A stretch of 64,000 nucleotides of DNA from Octopus sinensis (GCF_006345805.1 NC_042998.1:108624001-108688000), one strand, 5' to 3'. Positions 42,812-55,210 are shown, numbered from the stretch's first letter. Notes: generated from the sequence alone by a model not told the origin. Program-made: numbers and translations.

Positions 42812-43358
42812 AGTTTCAGCTCAGAGCTGCGGCCATGCTGATTTACCGCCGTTTTGCGCTACACTGTTACTACTAGGAGTCTCCTCTAATATGTGGCATT
42901 TGATGAAGTATGGAGTTTGATATAGCTACCATCATTTGCACCTCTTGCCGTGAGGTAGGCTCATCTGAGACTCTCGACAGGAAGAGGTCCAGCTTTGATT
43001 TAAAAACCGCTACATCTACTTTGTGCAAGTTCCTCAGACTCTTTGGGAGAACATTAAATAGCTGTGGGCCATTGAAACCCAGGGTGTTGCAGTAACTGGT
43101 CCTGAAGCGTGATGGCATTGCTGGGATCTTTGGCCCCATGCAGTATCGTCCCGTTCTAGCATTGGTGTAGCTTTCAATGCCAAAATTTGGCACAATTTCT
43201 TCCAGGATCTTCCAGATATATATTACTGCATACCTCTCCTGTCTTCTCTCCAGAGTCTTAGCTGTTTCAACCTTTCCCAGTAGCTGCGCTGTTGCAAAGA
43301 GACGATCTTCTTTGTGAATCTTCTCTGAATTGCTTCAAGGTCCGCTGTTAATCTCACA
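42812..43358 (-). mobile_element. CR1/L2-group LINE 3' fragment, copy 2
   Basis: YIWKILEEIVPNFGI..GPQLFNVLPKSLRNLHKVDVAVFKSKLDLFLSRVSDEPT; same tail. Confidence 0.82.
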
Positions 43359-43836
43359 TGAATATATATATATGAATTGGAGTCACAACTCTTCTTTGTG
43401 TCCCATAAGTATAAATCCTACTTTGCTCTATGAAATCTTTTGTAAAAAAAAATTCTGCATATACTCCTTGCACTAATGAGTACAGTGACATATAATGAAA
43501 TTAATTTAATCAATTCAGTTATTTCTATTTAATCATGAATTTGTTTGTTTCTCATACCGCTGTTCGAAAAGATCATTTGCATCAATTAAAATTCTCTCAT
43601 ATTTCAACATCTTCTCTTCTCCATTTTAAACACATTTGTTTAATTTTATGGGATTCCTTTCCATAAATTCACAACACAACATATACAAGTATTATTTTCA
43701 TATTCGTATACTTACGCCAGTAAACTATCAGCGAATATGGAGAAGCTATATTAGAAATCTCTTTTGGAATCCTCCAAATTAAAGGACGAAATGTAATTCA
43801 AACTTTTTATATACACAAACACATATGCATACATGC

Positions 43837-43887
<51 letters not shown>

Positions 43888-43923
43888 GCATATATATAAA
43901 TATAAATATGCATATATATATAT

Positions 43924-43954
<31 letters not shown>

Positions 43955-44025
43955 CTATATATATATATATATATGCATATATATAAATATATATATATAT
44001 GCATATATATATATATAAATATATA

Positions 44026-44069
<44 letters not shown>

Positions 44070-44274
44070 GTTTAAAAGTAAAAAAATACAACTGGGACAA
44101 GAACGTGAAACATTTAGAAGACGACACAAAAAACACGGACGGGACATTCGAAGCCTTCAATCTTCAGTCAAGAACCCGATCATCTTCGCAATTTCGGCTG
44201 ATTAATCTTGAGATTGCTCCGACCTGGCCAGCCCCAAAGGAAAATCTAAAAAGGTTGAATTAAATTTGGCATGC

Positions 44275-44485
44275 ATACCAACCTCCCATCTCCACGCCAC
44301 TGATGTTGTCTAAAAGAAAGGCAAAGGCCGATACAGCTTGACACGAGTGACATCGCAAATCATTTCTACAGTAGACTGAATTGGAGGAACATGAAATAGA
44401 GTGTCTTGCCCGAGAACACAACACGCAGTCCGGTTCGGGAACAAAAGACACAACCTCACGACCGTCAGCTTGAAGCTCTAACCAC
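44275..44485 (-). mobile_element. SINE family C copy
   Basis: Reverse complement head gaaggctcatggctaagtggttagagc; body gtgttctcgggcaagacactc, gtatcggcctttgcc. Confidence 0.75.
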
Positions 44486-44666
44486 TTAGCCATGAGCCTT
44501 CCCTATGTATGTATATATATATATATATACACACACACATGTATGTATGTTTATATATAGAAATATATATAAGTATTTATGTATATGTATATATATATAT
44601 ATGTTTGCGTGTATATATATAAGTATATATACATGTATATATATGTATGTATATATAAACATATAG

Positions 44667-44955
44667 TGGAGGTGCAATGGCCCAGTGGTTAGGGCAGCGG
44701 ACTCGCGGTCGGAGGATTGCGGTTTCGATTACCAGACCGGGTGTTGTGAGTGTTTATTGAGCGACAACACCGAAAGCTCCACGAGGCTCCGGCAGGGGGT
44801 GGTGGGAATCCCTGCTGTACTTTTTCGCCATAACTTTCTCTCACTCTTTCTTGTGTTGGCCTGCTCGCTTAGTCAACATTTGAAGGCTAAAACAATGCGA
44901 AGCTCATTGTGACCAGCTATGTATAGCAACATCTGATAGCCTGGTCGGTCACGGT
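44667..44955 (+). mobile_element. SINE family D copy with an alternative 3' tail
   Basis: ggaggtgcaatggcccagtggttagggcagcggactcgcgg..ggtttcgattacc tRNA-like head. Confidence 0.85.
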
Positions 44956-46384
44956 GATATAAATGTACTTATATATAAATATATGTACTTATATATAAAT
45001 ATAAATACATATATAGAAAAATATATATATGTTTTTATGTATGTATATATAGTATGTATATATATATGTGTGTGTGTGTGTATTTTGATATCGATCCACA
45101 CAAATATATATATATAAATCCATGCATTCGTACACACACATGCACATATATATATAGGAGTGTGAGGACAAATGCAAGACATTTACAGTGAATATATTTG
45201 GTTGGGGTTAGATTTATCAAATTACATTATGACTCACTTCCGCTGAGCTTGTAATGTGAATGTGTGTGTGTGTGAGTGTGTGTGTGTGTGTAGCCGCGTG
45301 GAACAGTTTTAGAGTGCGGCATTCAGGTCCGTAAGATTTCCATTTTTTCGTTGGACGATGCTTTGTCTTCTCGGGCTAAACACTTCATTTCCTGTTGCTT
45401 CCATCCAGTAGTCTTACGACGTACCGTCTTTCCGTCCAGAAAATGAACATATAAACTCCAGAATACGTGTAACGTCCTTAGGAGCCTATGGCACGGAAGG
45501 GATTTTTTAACCTTTCCTTTGGGAGATACATACATTATATATAAATATATATTTCTTACGGTATATATTTGTTCCTATAATATTGTAATAAATATATTTC
45601 GCACGAGAACGTGCCTTGAGTACATGTAATAGCACATGTAATTTACAGTATCTGTACGTGTGTGTACGTGTGTGTACGTGTATGTGTGTGTGTGTGTGTG
45701 TGTGAGGTGCACGTGTTCTGTGTTCTAGCGTAAATATTTAAATACTCGATTTAAGATTGTTGAGATGAATCTAAAGTCTATCTGCCTGTTGTTTGCGCTT
45801 GTAGATAATTATCTGGTGAAATATATAGGGTTTTTATGTTAACTGTTTTAATATTTAACTGCTCTTGGCATTCACTGAGATATTGCTGTAATCTACTCAG
45901 TTAATTGCGCGAAATACTGGTATGGATTTATTTTCATGGTTGCTTATGCACATATATAAACATTCTCCTCCATCCTCACATATATTTACAAATACACAGA
46001 TTAAGATTTATAATTCTTTTCATTCATTATTAATTTAGTCGACTCTCACACCATACTGGTGTTAGGAAGTAAACAAAACAAAAAATATTTAAATAAGCAA
46101 CAGATTTAAATTGCCGTCAAAAGGTCACATTATGATTACATTTAATGCTGGATTTAAGAAATTTCCAGCAAGGAGTAAGGTAGGTCGGGGAAAGATATTC
46201 AGGTAACGTAAGTCGTTAGGTTGATAGGTATGCAGATTATGAGAGAAAATTGTCTGTATTGAAAATTGTCTGTATTGCACCAGTTGTGTGATAACTCAAT
46301 AATTCAATATTTTTTCAATTACCTTATAACTTTCGGAAACAATCTCAGTTCTATCTCTGTCTCTCTAATACACGGACGCACACG

Positions 46385-46617
46385 CGCAGAATTCTTAGCA
46401 CGCCAGTTCAAATGCTTAGCAGCTATTCGTCCGTCTTTACATTCTAAATTCAAATTCCACCGACGGCGGCATTGCCTTTCATCCTTTAAGATTACATAAA
46501 ATGAGTACAAATTGCGCACTGCTGCAGACGTGGTCAACTTACCCATCCTTCGAAATTGCTGGCCTTGCTCAAAAACTTCGAAACCGATATATTTCATTTG
46601 AATATTATTATTATTAT
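46385..46617 (+). mobile_element. Degenerate SINE family A ending in a (TTA)n tail
   Basis: ttagcacgccagttcaaatgcttagc..ttgcctttcatcc..ggccttgctc..ttcgaaacc..attattattattat. Confidence 0.65.
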
Positions 46618-49600
46618 CTGCAAGTGCCCACCCTTATTGCAACTCTTATTTGTTCCACGTACTTCTCGAGATTTTTGCTCACTGTTCCCAGGGCTCCGAC
46701 AATTACTGGTACTACTGCTACCGTTTTCATCGACCACAACTGCTTAATTTCCGAAGCTAATCTGTCATATCTCTCGACTTTTCTTTCTTCCTTGTCGCAT
46801 ACCTTGTTGTCAGCTGGGCATGCTATATCTATGATCCAGCATAGTTTGTTGTCTTTCTCAATTAAGATATATCCTATTCTCTATCTCATGGTCGAATTGA
46901 AACATAAAATCCCATAGGATCTTTGCAGTTCTATTTTCAACGATGGTTTCAGGATCGTAGTCGTTTTATTTTTTACCAATTTTTTGCTCTGTCAAGTCCA
47001 TACTTGTTGCAAAGTGTCCAAGGGACAAGCCTGCTTATATTGTCGTGGCGTCCCTTATATTCCTTCTGGGCTAGTGGCGCACATTGGCTGGCAATATGCC
47101 ATACGGTTTCACCGTTTTGGCCACAATTTCTGCACTTATCACTTTCTGCTGCGTTGTCTATTCTGTATTTTATGTAGTTTGTTCTTAGTGCTTGCTCTTG
47201 GGAAGCACAGATTAGAGCTTTTAGTCATCCACAGCCATCTTTTCTCTATGTCTGTCTTATCTTCAACACCCTTCTGAAATTGACCATGCTTTCTTTTCTT
47301 TACCCACCTATTTTCATCCTACACAAGCCTGACCTTCTACTAATAGCGGTTATGTGGCATTTTTTTTACATGCTATGTTATTTTCTTCTGCGTTAATGCT
47401 GTGTTCGCATCCAATAAGTCTTCTTACCCCTCTTTTTCTTGGTACATACAGTCTGTCTGTATCACTTAGCAACTTCCTTGTCTTTCTGTCTAAGTTGTTT
47501 ACTTCGTCTACTGTCCATGCGACTACCCCTGCTCTATATCTAAGGAGTGAAACTGCACAGGAGTTGATAGCTTCGATCTTATTCCGCTCATTTAATTTCG
47601 ACTTAAGGATCAGTCTCAGTTTGAGCAAGTACTCCACCCTAAATCTTTCTGTCATTTCATTCTCCATAAATTTATCCATTTCAAAAATCCTAGTATTTAT
47701 AGCCTGTCTCTTCTATCTGCTTCATAACCTCCCCCGACGGTATCGTTAGCCCGTCTATACATTTTATTTTACCTCTCTTCAAGACTAACACATCACACTT
47801 TTTCAGTCCGAACTCCATTCTGATATCAGCACTGAAGGTATACACCGTATCAACGAGGGAACTGACTTGGGCTTCATATTTACCATAAAGTTTGAAGTCA
47901 TCCATGAATAACAAATGGTTGACTTTTTGTTGGCGGCTTTTGAATGCATACCCAGCATTTGCTTTCATCAGAATCAGTATTAGTGGTATCAAACACAGTA
48001 CAAAGATCAGTGGGGACAGGCAGTCCTCTTGGAAGATGCCCCTCCTAATTTCTACTATCCCTAAGCTTCTTCCGTATATCGTCCTCCAGTTCATCATACG
48101 TTTTCCAAGCAATCGCTCAACATTCGTTGCAATACCAAATAGGTTCATACACTCCATAATTCAAGAATGTGGGATCATATCGTACGCCTTACGATAGTCA
48201 AACCATGACAAGGCTAAAATACTTTTCCTCCTCTTGCAGTCTCTAAGTACAGTTTTGTCTGTCAGGAGTTGATACTTGGTACCTCTGCACTTACGCTTGC
48301 AACCCTTCTGCCCATGTGGCAGGACTCAATTTTTTTAACAGATATTCGCACATTGACTGCGAGTATTCCAGCCAACAACTTCCACATAAGTGGCAAACAG
48401 GATATCGGAATGTATTGCCTTTTTCGATGTTTTTCAGGCACAGCACTGTCCCACCCAATGTCAACCACTCTGGTGTTACTTGGTCGGCATTTTACAAGGT
48501 GTTGAGTTGCGCAGCTATTCGAGCATGACATTCACCAAATCTTTTGATCTAGTAGCCTTGAACTCCATCTGGCCCCGGGGCCTTCCAGTTGCACATTTTT
48601 TTGCTGATTTCCTTCACTTCCCTAACTGAAATGACTAGTTCTGCCTGTTTTGGACAGACTACTGTTTGTTTCAGTTCTTGCAACCATTCAGTATCCTTCT
48701 TGTGCTCCTTGTCTTTGCTCCAGATGTCACTCCAAAACCTTTGACTTTCAATGTTATTTGGTATCAACATTTTATCTGTACAATCTCCATTTATTTCTTT
48801 ATAGAATCTCTTCTGATCTACTGTGAATAACCTATTCTGGTGGTAATCCTTCATTCTTTGGTCGTATCTTACCACCTTTACTTTCTTTGCAACGGGGCGC
48901 TCTTTTAGTTCCTCCACTACTACTTTCAGTCCCTTTCTTTCAATATTAGACTTCCATTTAGCGCCATGTATTTTTGTTCGCTTTTAATTTCCCCTTTCTC
49001 TTTTCGGTCTAACACAGAGCATGTCTAACCCTACGTTGATTCTTCTTTTCCACCATAGATCTTTTCTTGTTTCACTCCCATTTCTTTCTTGACATCAACA
49101 CCCACGTTTTCTGCTACAGCAATACTTGCTGCCTTGATCAAATTATTTGTTACTGTGATGTCTTTTGTTCTGATGTATTTCCTTGACATTTTTTGTTTCT
49201 TGGTTCAGTTTCCATCGATCAACGTTTTTAAGGTTGCAAATAATGTCGCTATCTGTCGTAGATTGCCTTTTGTTCATCTGTCATGTCGCCATTAGTTGTA
49301 TTATCTTCTTTTCGATCATCTATATGTCTCTCATCAAGTAAACTACCACTGCCCTTTACTGTGCTATGGGATTACTCTTATTAGTAAGAACTGTATTTTC
49401 ATTGTTATCTCTGCTGCAATTGTCCATGACCCGTCTTTTGATAGCTGCGAGCTCTACTTCTGTGAACCAACAATTTTTTTCTTAGCTTGATCACATAGTC
49501 TCTGTTCTATGAGTTGAAACGATCCCTTTTCTCCCCAATGATCATACATACGTTGTCGGTAGCCCCTAATTTGAGCACCATTTCCATCTACCGGGCTGCT

Positions 49601-49741
49601 CAGGTAGTAAATCTCTATGACCACAGCATTAATTTGCTTGTTCCATCTACGCCATGTGTGGTGGTCCCTTTCTGGATATCCTCAGGCTGGAGCCGGACCA
49701 GAATCTCTGAGCGTACCGGGTGTAACACTGTCACCATTAAT
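46618..49741 (-). mobile_element. R4/Dong-clade non-LTR retrotransposon (RT + CCHC + restriction-like endonuclease), near full-length ORF, decayed
   Basis: N-terminal RGYRQRMYDHW..EQRLCDQA; WKAPGPDGVQGY; RRGIFQEDCLSPLIF; HLLFMDD; CRNCGQNGETVWHIASQC knuckle; WIIDIACPADNKV..E..K RLE motif; multiple stops and frameshifts; last ~15 codons and 3' UTR appear to be missing. Confidence 0.92.
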
Positions 49742-49904
49742 GGCCTATACGGCTTGGCACCAGTGATGTCGCAACTCATTTCTACAGCTGGGTTAACTGG
49801 AGTATCTTGCTCAAGAACACAACACGCAGCCCGGTCTGGTAATCGAACTCAGAACCGTATGATCGTAAGTTCGACGCTCTAACCACTGAGCCATGCGCCT
49901 TCAC
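49742..49904 (-). mobile_element. 5' part of a SINE family C copy, fused in-line to the R4 ORF
   Basis: Reverse complement gtgaaggcgcatggctcagtggttagagcgtcgaac..gagttcgattacc..gccaagccgtataggcc then continues directly into the R4 coding frame. Confidence 0.8.
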
Positions 49905-50698
49905 TAGATAGAGAACAATGAATGTATAATTATATAGATGAGTTCTTTATATTCGATGTGTATGTATATGAAGGTATAATAGATAATTATGTATTGCTAT
50001 AAAGTTTAATTAATCTATATGCGGCATATTTTTATGTATGCATTATATGTGGTACAGGAAAATACTTGTTCTACTTGTCTTTACAAAGTTTCAACGAGTA
50101 TTTGTTTCACTAGGCTGGAATTCTACATTAAATCTATTTGCATTTTACTTGTCTGTTATCTTTGAGTGACTTTTCTATTAATTAGTGAAGTTATCTCAAT
50201 TTCGTTCTCGTGCTCTTTACTTTTCTTTTTCGAGTAATATGAACTGTAAGAGGACTCTCTGCATTCGCAGTAGCCTAAAAATGGATTATTATAAACCACT
50301 GGAATTGTAATCAAACTGCTCAGCTATCATATTATATTACTAGTATTGATTTATATGCTGAATTATAAATTGCAATGATTTTTTAAAATTCCTAATTTTC
50401 TCTAATATCTAAGTTATTGAAATCCAGTATTGACACATGAGCGTTTGTCAATTACCCGAAATACACTATATATCTATGTGTGAGTGTATGTGTGCGCATG
50501 TGTATGCGTGTGCATAGATTCATACATGCATACATGTGTGTATGTGTGTGTGTGCGTTTGTGTGTATGATAGTATTTGTATGACGAGTAATGCGGGAAAA
50601 TAAGGACGCTCACTTTTCTATTCCTATAAATATAATAATAGTAAAGAAGTCTCTTTGCATATATGATTTGACCACACTGAGACATACATATATCTATG

Positions 50699-50777
<79 letters not shown>

Positions 50778-51007
50778 GTATTATATATATATATATATAT
50801 ATAATGTATGTATGTATATATGAATATATGCCTATATATGTATATATATATATATATGTGTGTATATATGTATACATTATGCATATATATATATTGTGTT
50901 TATATATATACATATTTATATATGTATATATATATATATTATATATATATGTATTATATATATTATATATATACATGTGTGTATATATATATATATAAAT
51001 GTATATA

Positions 51008-51067
<60 letters not shown>

Positions 51068-51094
51068 ACATATACATACATACATATATATAAA

Positions 51095-51780
51095 ACTCAG
51101 CATCCAGGAACTCAGACATCCCAAATTAAAGAAGAATTTACAAGCAAAAGACCTACAATACATCTCTACACATAACCCTCTCAACAATAAAGCCTTAGAC
51201 ACCATCACCCAAAACATACCTCTGCTAAAAAAGGACCATAGAATGAACTTAATTCTCTAAACACACACCATCATAAAAAGCACTGACAGCCCAAATCTAT
51301 GAAAAGTCTCCTAACACAAGCCCGAATACGCTCCAGAACTCAGAAGCCGTTAGTTAAAAAATGCGGAAGACCCAGCTGTGGGATATGTGACTATTTAATT
51401 GAGGGATCAGAGTTCTCCTTCAAACAGGGACAACGTTTCACAGTGAAAAGCAACTTCACATGTGCTTCGGAGAACCTGATATACGAACTAACCTGCTCTG
51501 AGGGTGAAGAGCAATATATAGGCCAAACAAAAAACAGTCTACGTAAAAGAATAGCTCTACACAGATCCTAGATAAAAATTCCCCCAAAAAGAAAAATAAC
51601 ATTCAGCCAACACATAGATATTTGCGCCAATAACAAAAATCCAAACTTCAGAATTTTCCCCATCTACCAATTCAGGGACGATACAACCGAGAGCCAACGA
51701 ATTAGTAAAGAGACTTTCTTTATTACAAAATACAGACCCCTTTTGAACCGGTCTACGACAAACAACATATCTACCACGGT
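51095..51780 (+). mobile_element. Penelope-like element 3' fragment with GIY-YIG endonuclease
   Basis: KCGRPSCGICDYL (CCHH-type Cys pair), NLIYELTCSEGEEQYIGQTKNSLRKRIALH, RISKETFFITKYRPLLN. Confidence 0.88.
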
Positions 51781-51939
51781 CTTAGAATAACACATATACA
51801 AACGCAAATATCAAAAATGATACACTCAAGACATTCCCAAGAATTCATTAAAAAGCAGTCCCAATCACTGCTATAATCCATAACGTGCCAATTTAACACC
51901 TTACTACTTTCACACTACCTACATTCCTTCTTGTTCTGC

Positions 51940-52072
51940 CTTCTTCTTCTTCTTCTTCTTCTTCTTCTTCTTCTTTTTCTTCTTCCTCTTCTTCTTCTTC
52001 TCTTCTTCTTCTTCTTCTTCTTCTTCTTCTCTTCTTCTTCTTCTTCTTCTTCTCCTTCTTCTTCTTCTTCCC
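51940..52072. repeat. (TTC)n microsatellite
   Basis: Direct inspection. Confidence 0.95.
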
Positions 52073-52485
52073 TTCAGATTGGACAGTTCTCATTTTCTCC
52101 TAATTAAACCCGTATATGCATGTGTCAATTGTAGTCTGCCTGATTTGAACCTTTCTATTGTGCATATATATATATATATATACATATATAGTTAGAATAT
52201 ATTAATTTATCTCTACGTTATATAAATACATCTAAAATAGACATTTCAAAATAAAATTACGCTGTACCTCCTCCACATATATGGAAATAGTTACATGCGT
52301 ATTTCAAATCTTCGCCGTGCACGAAATTATTGTTGGTAGTCAAGTGTTCATAAACGTATATGTATCCATGACATCTCATCCGTGGAGTAAGACGATTTTC
52401 TGTTGATAAACACCATAGTATAAATTAGAAGATACACGGAGAGTGGAACCATTATATAGTTTTCATTTCTACTGAGCTCACTTAC

Positions 52486-52701
52486 CTTGAAGTGCTGAAT
52501 CCTGTTTACTACGAGATCATTAAATTTGAAACTTTTATATTTTAATATCAATTTCACAGATTGGAACAGTATTTGAAATGGAATTTTAGACAGAAATTTA
52601 GTGTATTTGTATTCTCGATACATTAGCTTCCCGTATATCACCAGTTTTAATAAGATGTATAAACATTCAGCTATATTTTCCCATGATTCTTTATCTCTGT
52701 G
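52486..52701 (-). CDS. Candidate internal coding exon of unknown product (216 nt, 72 aa, phase 0/0)
   Basis: Acceptor catctttag|, stop-free frame HRDKESWENIAECLYILLKLVIYGKLM...NRIQHFK, consensus donor AAG|GTAAGT. No homology recognised. Confidence 0.3.
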
Positions 52702-52810
52702 CTAAAGATGTATCATGTGCGCATATATTTTTGCAATCGTTTAACTAGTGGAAACAGTGTGCAGAAATAATATATTGATTGAACGCCATTCATCCTCTTC
52801 CCAGTAAGTT

Positions 52811-52870
<60 letters not shown>

Positions 52871-53002
52871 ATCTATATATATATATATATATATATATAT
52901 AGATAGATAGATAGATAGATATAGATAGATTGATATAGATAGATAGATAAAACTTAGCTGGAAGAGGATGCGTGGCGTTCAACCATATAATATTATAAAT
53001 AT

Positions 53003-53039
<37 letters not shown>

Positions 53040-53104
53040 GGATATATACATACGTATATTTACATACTTACATCTATACGTGTATATATATGCATATGTG
53101 GCCA

Positions 53105-53640
53105 CAGGACGTCATGAAACGTGTACAACATAAAAATACGAAGTACGAGTACATGGAATAAGAGCTATATTTTCGAACAACGAAAGACACAAATGGAAAA
53201 CAAGACAAACAACATAAAGAAGACCCTTCATCTGTTGTTGTCTGTTTGTCTACTCTCGTATTTCAAGCATTTAACAACAATATACACGTTCGATAAAACA
53301 GTTGCTCCCGCAAAGTAAATTACATAATATTTGAGATTTTGCGGAGGGTCAAAATTGGGAACACAAACAGGAGTGTGAAAACAAATAGGAAGGGCTGCTG
53401 AGCCTAAACGAGGTTGTAGCGGCGAACGCGTTCATCAAGCTTGGGCAGGATACAGAGAAGAACACGTCTTCCATGTTCAAGCTACAACGGAGAGAAAAAA
53501 AGAAACACAAGTTAGGAGAAGAAAGATGGCCGATGGTCACGTGGGAGTTACGTGAGCTAGAGTAGCAGAGTAATAGGATAGAATAATGGGAGAAGAGGGG
53601 GGTAAAAGAATAAGAGAGACAAAGAGAGAAAAATGAAAGA
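53105..53640 (-). mobile_element. Unclassified interspersed repeat; inverted partner of 57590-58140
   Basis: Reverse complement aligns by eye with 57590-58140 (gatgaagggtc..ctttatgtt..gttttccatttg; cacgtg.ccatcg.ccatctttct). Strand is relative to the partner only. Confidence 0.6.
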
Positions 53641-53861
53641 ATAAAAATATCGTATATGGTGCGCATCAGAATTATTACGATAAAACTTACTTGGAAGAGG
53701 ATGGGTGGCGTTCAATCATATAATAATATAAATAATACACACACCCACACAAACACACATACACACACACACACATGCACACACACATATCTATATTTTT
53801 TATGCATATATTCATACGTATATGTAATACATCTACCTTTACATATATATGCATATGTGGG

Positions 53862-53897
<36 letters not shown>

Positions 53898-53904
53898 CAT
53901 AGGG

Positions 53905-54800
53905 CTTAGGTAAAATTAGTAGCCGGGGTGAAATGAGTAATTTCTGATTTCTCGTTATTTTCCCCCTACCTGTTTGAAATCATTACATTACAAGTAATGC
54001 ACCATCATTTTGTACTGATGCATCATCTTTATGAATATAAGTTGGTCAACATAACTGTTGTTGTCGATGTTGAGCTTGGGACATAGTCGTCTGACAGGTA
54101 CATGATTTTCAAGAAAATTTTACATAACTTCGACCTGATTGTAATGGTGGTTGCTAATATAATATCTGAATAATTTTTGTTATTTAACAATCAATATTCT
54201 TTTCTCTGTTGGATTCCAAGTCAATTTTTCACACAGTAATGCCTAATTTAATAATTTTCAAATTAAAAAATACTGCCTAAAAATGAGTAAAATGAGTAAT
54301 GACTAATTTAAATAATTTTTCTCTTTAACTGCATGGTGAAGAAGCTATGCAGTTTATTATATGTTGAGCTTTTTAATTTAGTCAAATTTCGTTAATTTCG
54401 TAGCATGTGCCATTTTCCCATGATCCTCTTTCATTTGACCTAAATATCTTAAATTTCTGTTGAATCTCTGATCTTTCTGATATATAAGGGTGGGTATTGA
54501 TGTGTATAAGTCTGTTTTCAAATGTAATTCTAGAGAATTGAAGAAATAAAATTATTTCATCGTAGTTTACTCATTTTGCCCCACGTAAATTTGGACTTTA
54601 TATGCTCAAAGAAAACGGTGACAAGTTTTCTGAAATCGTGTCCAGAGAATGTTATGTTTTTAAATACATTTAGAGAAGGTTATTTGCTTAGCTGATATAG
54701 TTTTTGTTGGTAGGGTTGTGAATATTTGTAAAAAGTATATTTTTCTCAAGGTAAAAAATGAAGTCAAAGTTCCTCATTCTGCCCCTCCCCACCTTATATA
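53905..54800. mobile_element. Possible pogo/Tc1-type non-autonomous DNA transposon
   Basis: Subterminal inverted motifs ggggtgaaatgagtaa versus ttactcattttgcccc (54567-54582) and ttcctcattctgcccc..cctta (~54770-54797); TA-rich flanks. Confidence 0.4.
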
Positions 54801-54865
54801 AACTTAATTTTGGTCGAGTCAGTCTCCTGCTACCCTTAGTTTCACAGGATCTCCAGGAACGTTTG

Positions 54866-54898
<33 letters not shown>

Positions 54899-54984
54899 GT
54901 AATTCTTTCACAAAAGTATTGCCAGTGACAGATACATACATGCATACATACATACATACATATATATGTATGTATATATATATA

Positions 54985-55028
<44 letters not shown>

Positions 55029-55049
55029 ATATACATATATATATATACA

Positions 55050-55210
55050 TATGTCCTAGTACATATTAACCTTCAACCAATTCAATCGGACTGGTACTAC
55101 AGTAAAGAACACCCGAATACCCGCCCAAGTTGCACGCTATAGAACTGAACTCGAAACCAAGTGGTAAGAATGTTCGTTTGTTAACCACGTAGCCATGTCT
55201 ACGCATCTAT
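55050..55210 (-). mobile_element. Degenerate SINE family B 5' fragment
   Basis: gcccaagttgcacgc..gaactgaactcgaaacc..ttaaccacgtagccatg. Confidence 0.5.

Noticed and set aside
44090-44260. Minus-strand CUGAAGA...CGAAUGUC, possible hammerhead in a PLE-like end
   Set aside because: Core incomplete (GAAU), and stems I and II are not convincing.
44667-44745. tRNA gene call for SINE heads (also 26383, 37367, 41293, 49904)
   Set aside because: A/B boxes are present, but cloverleaves are imperfect and each continues into a shared SINE body.
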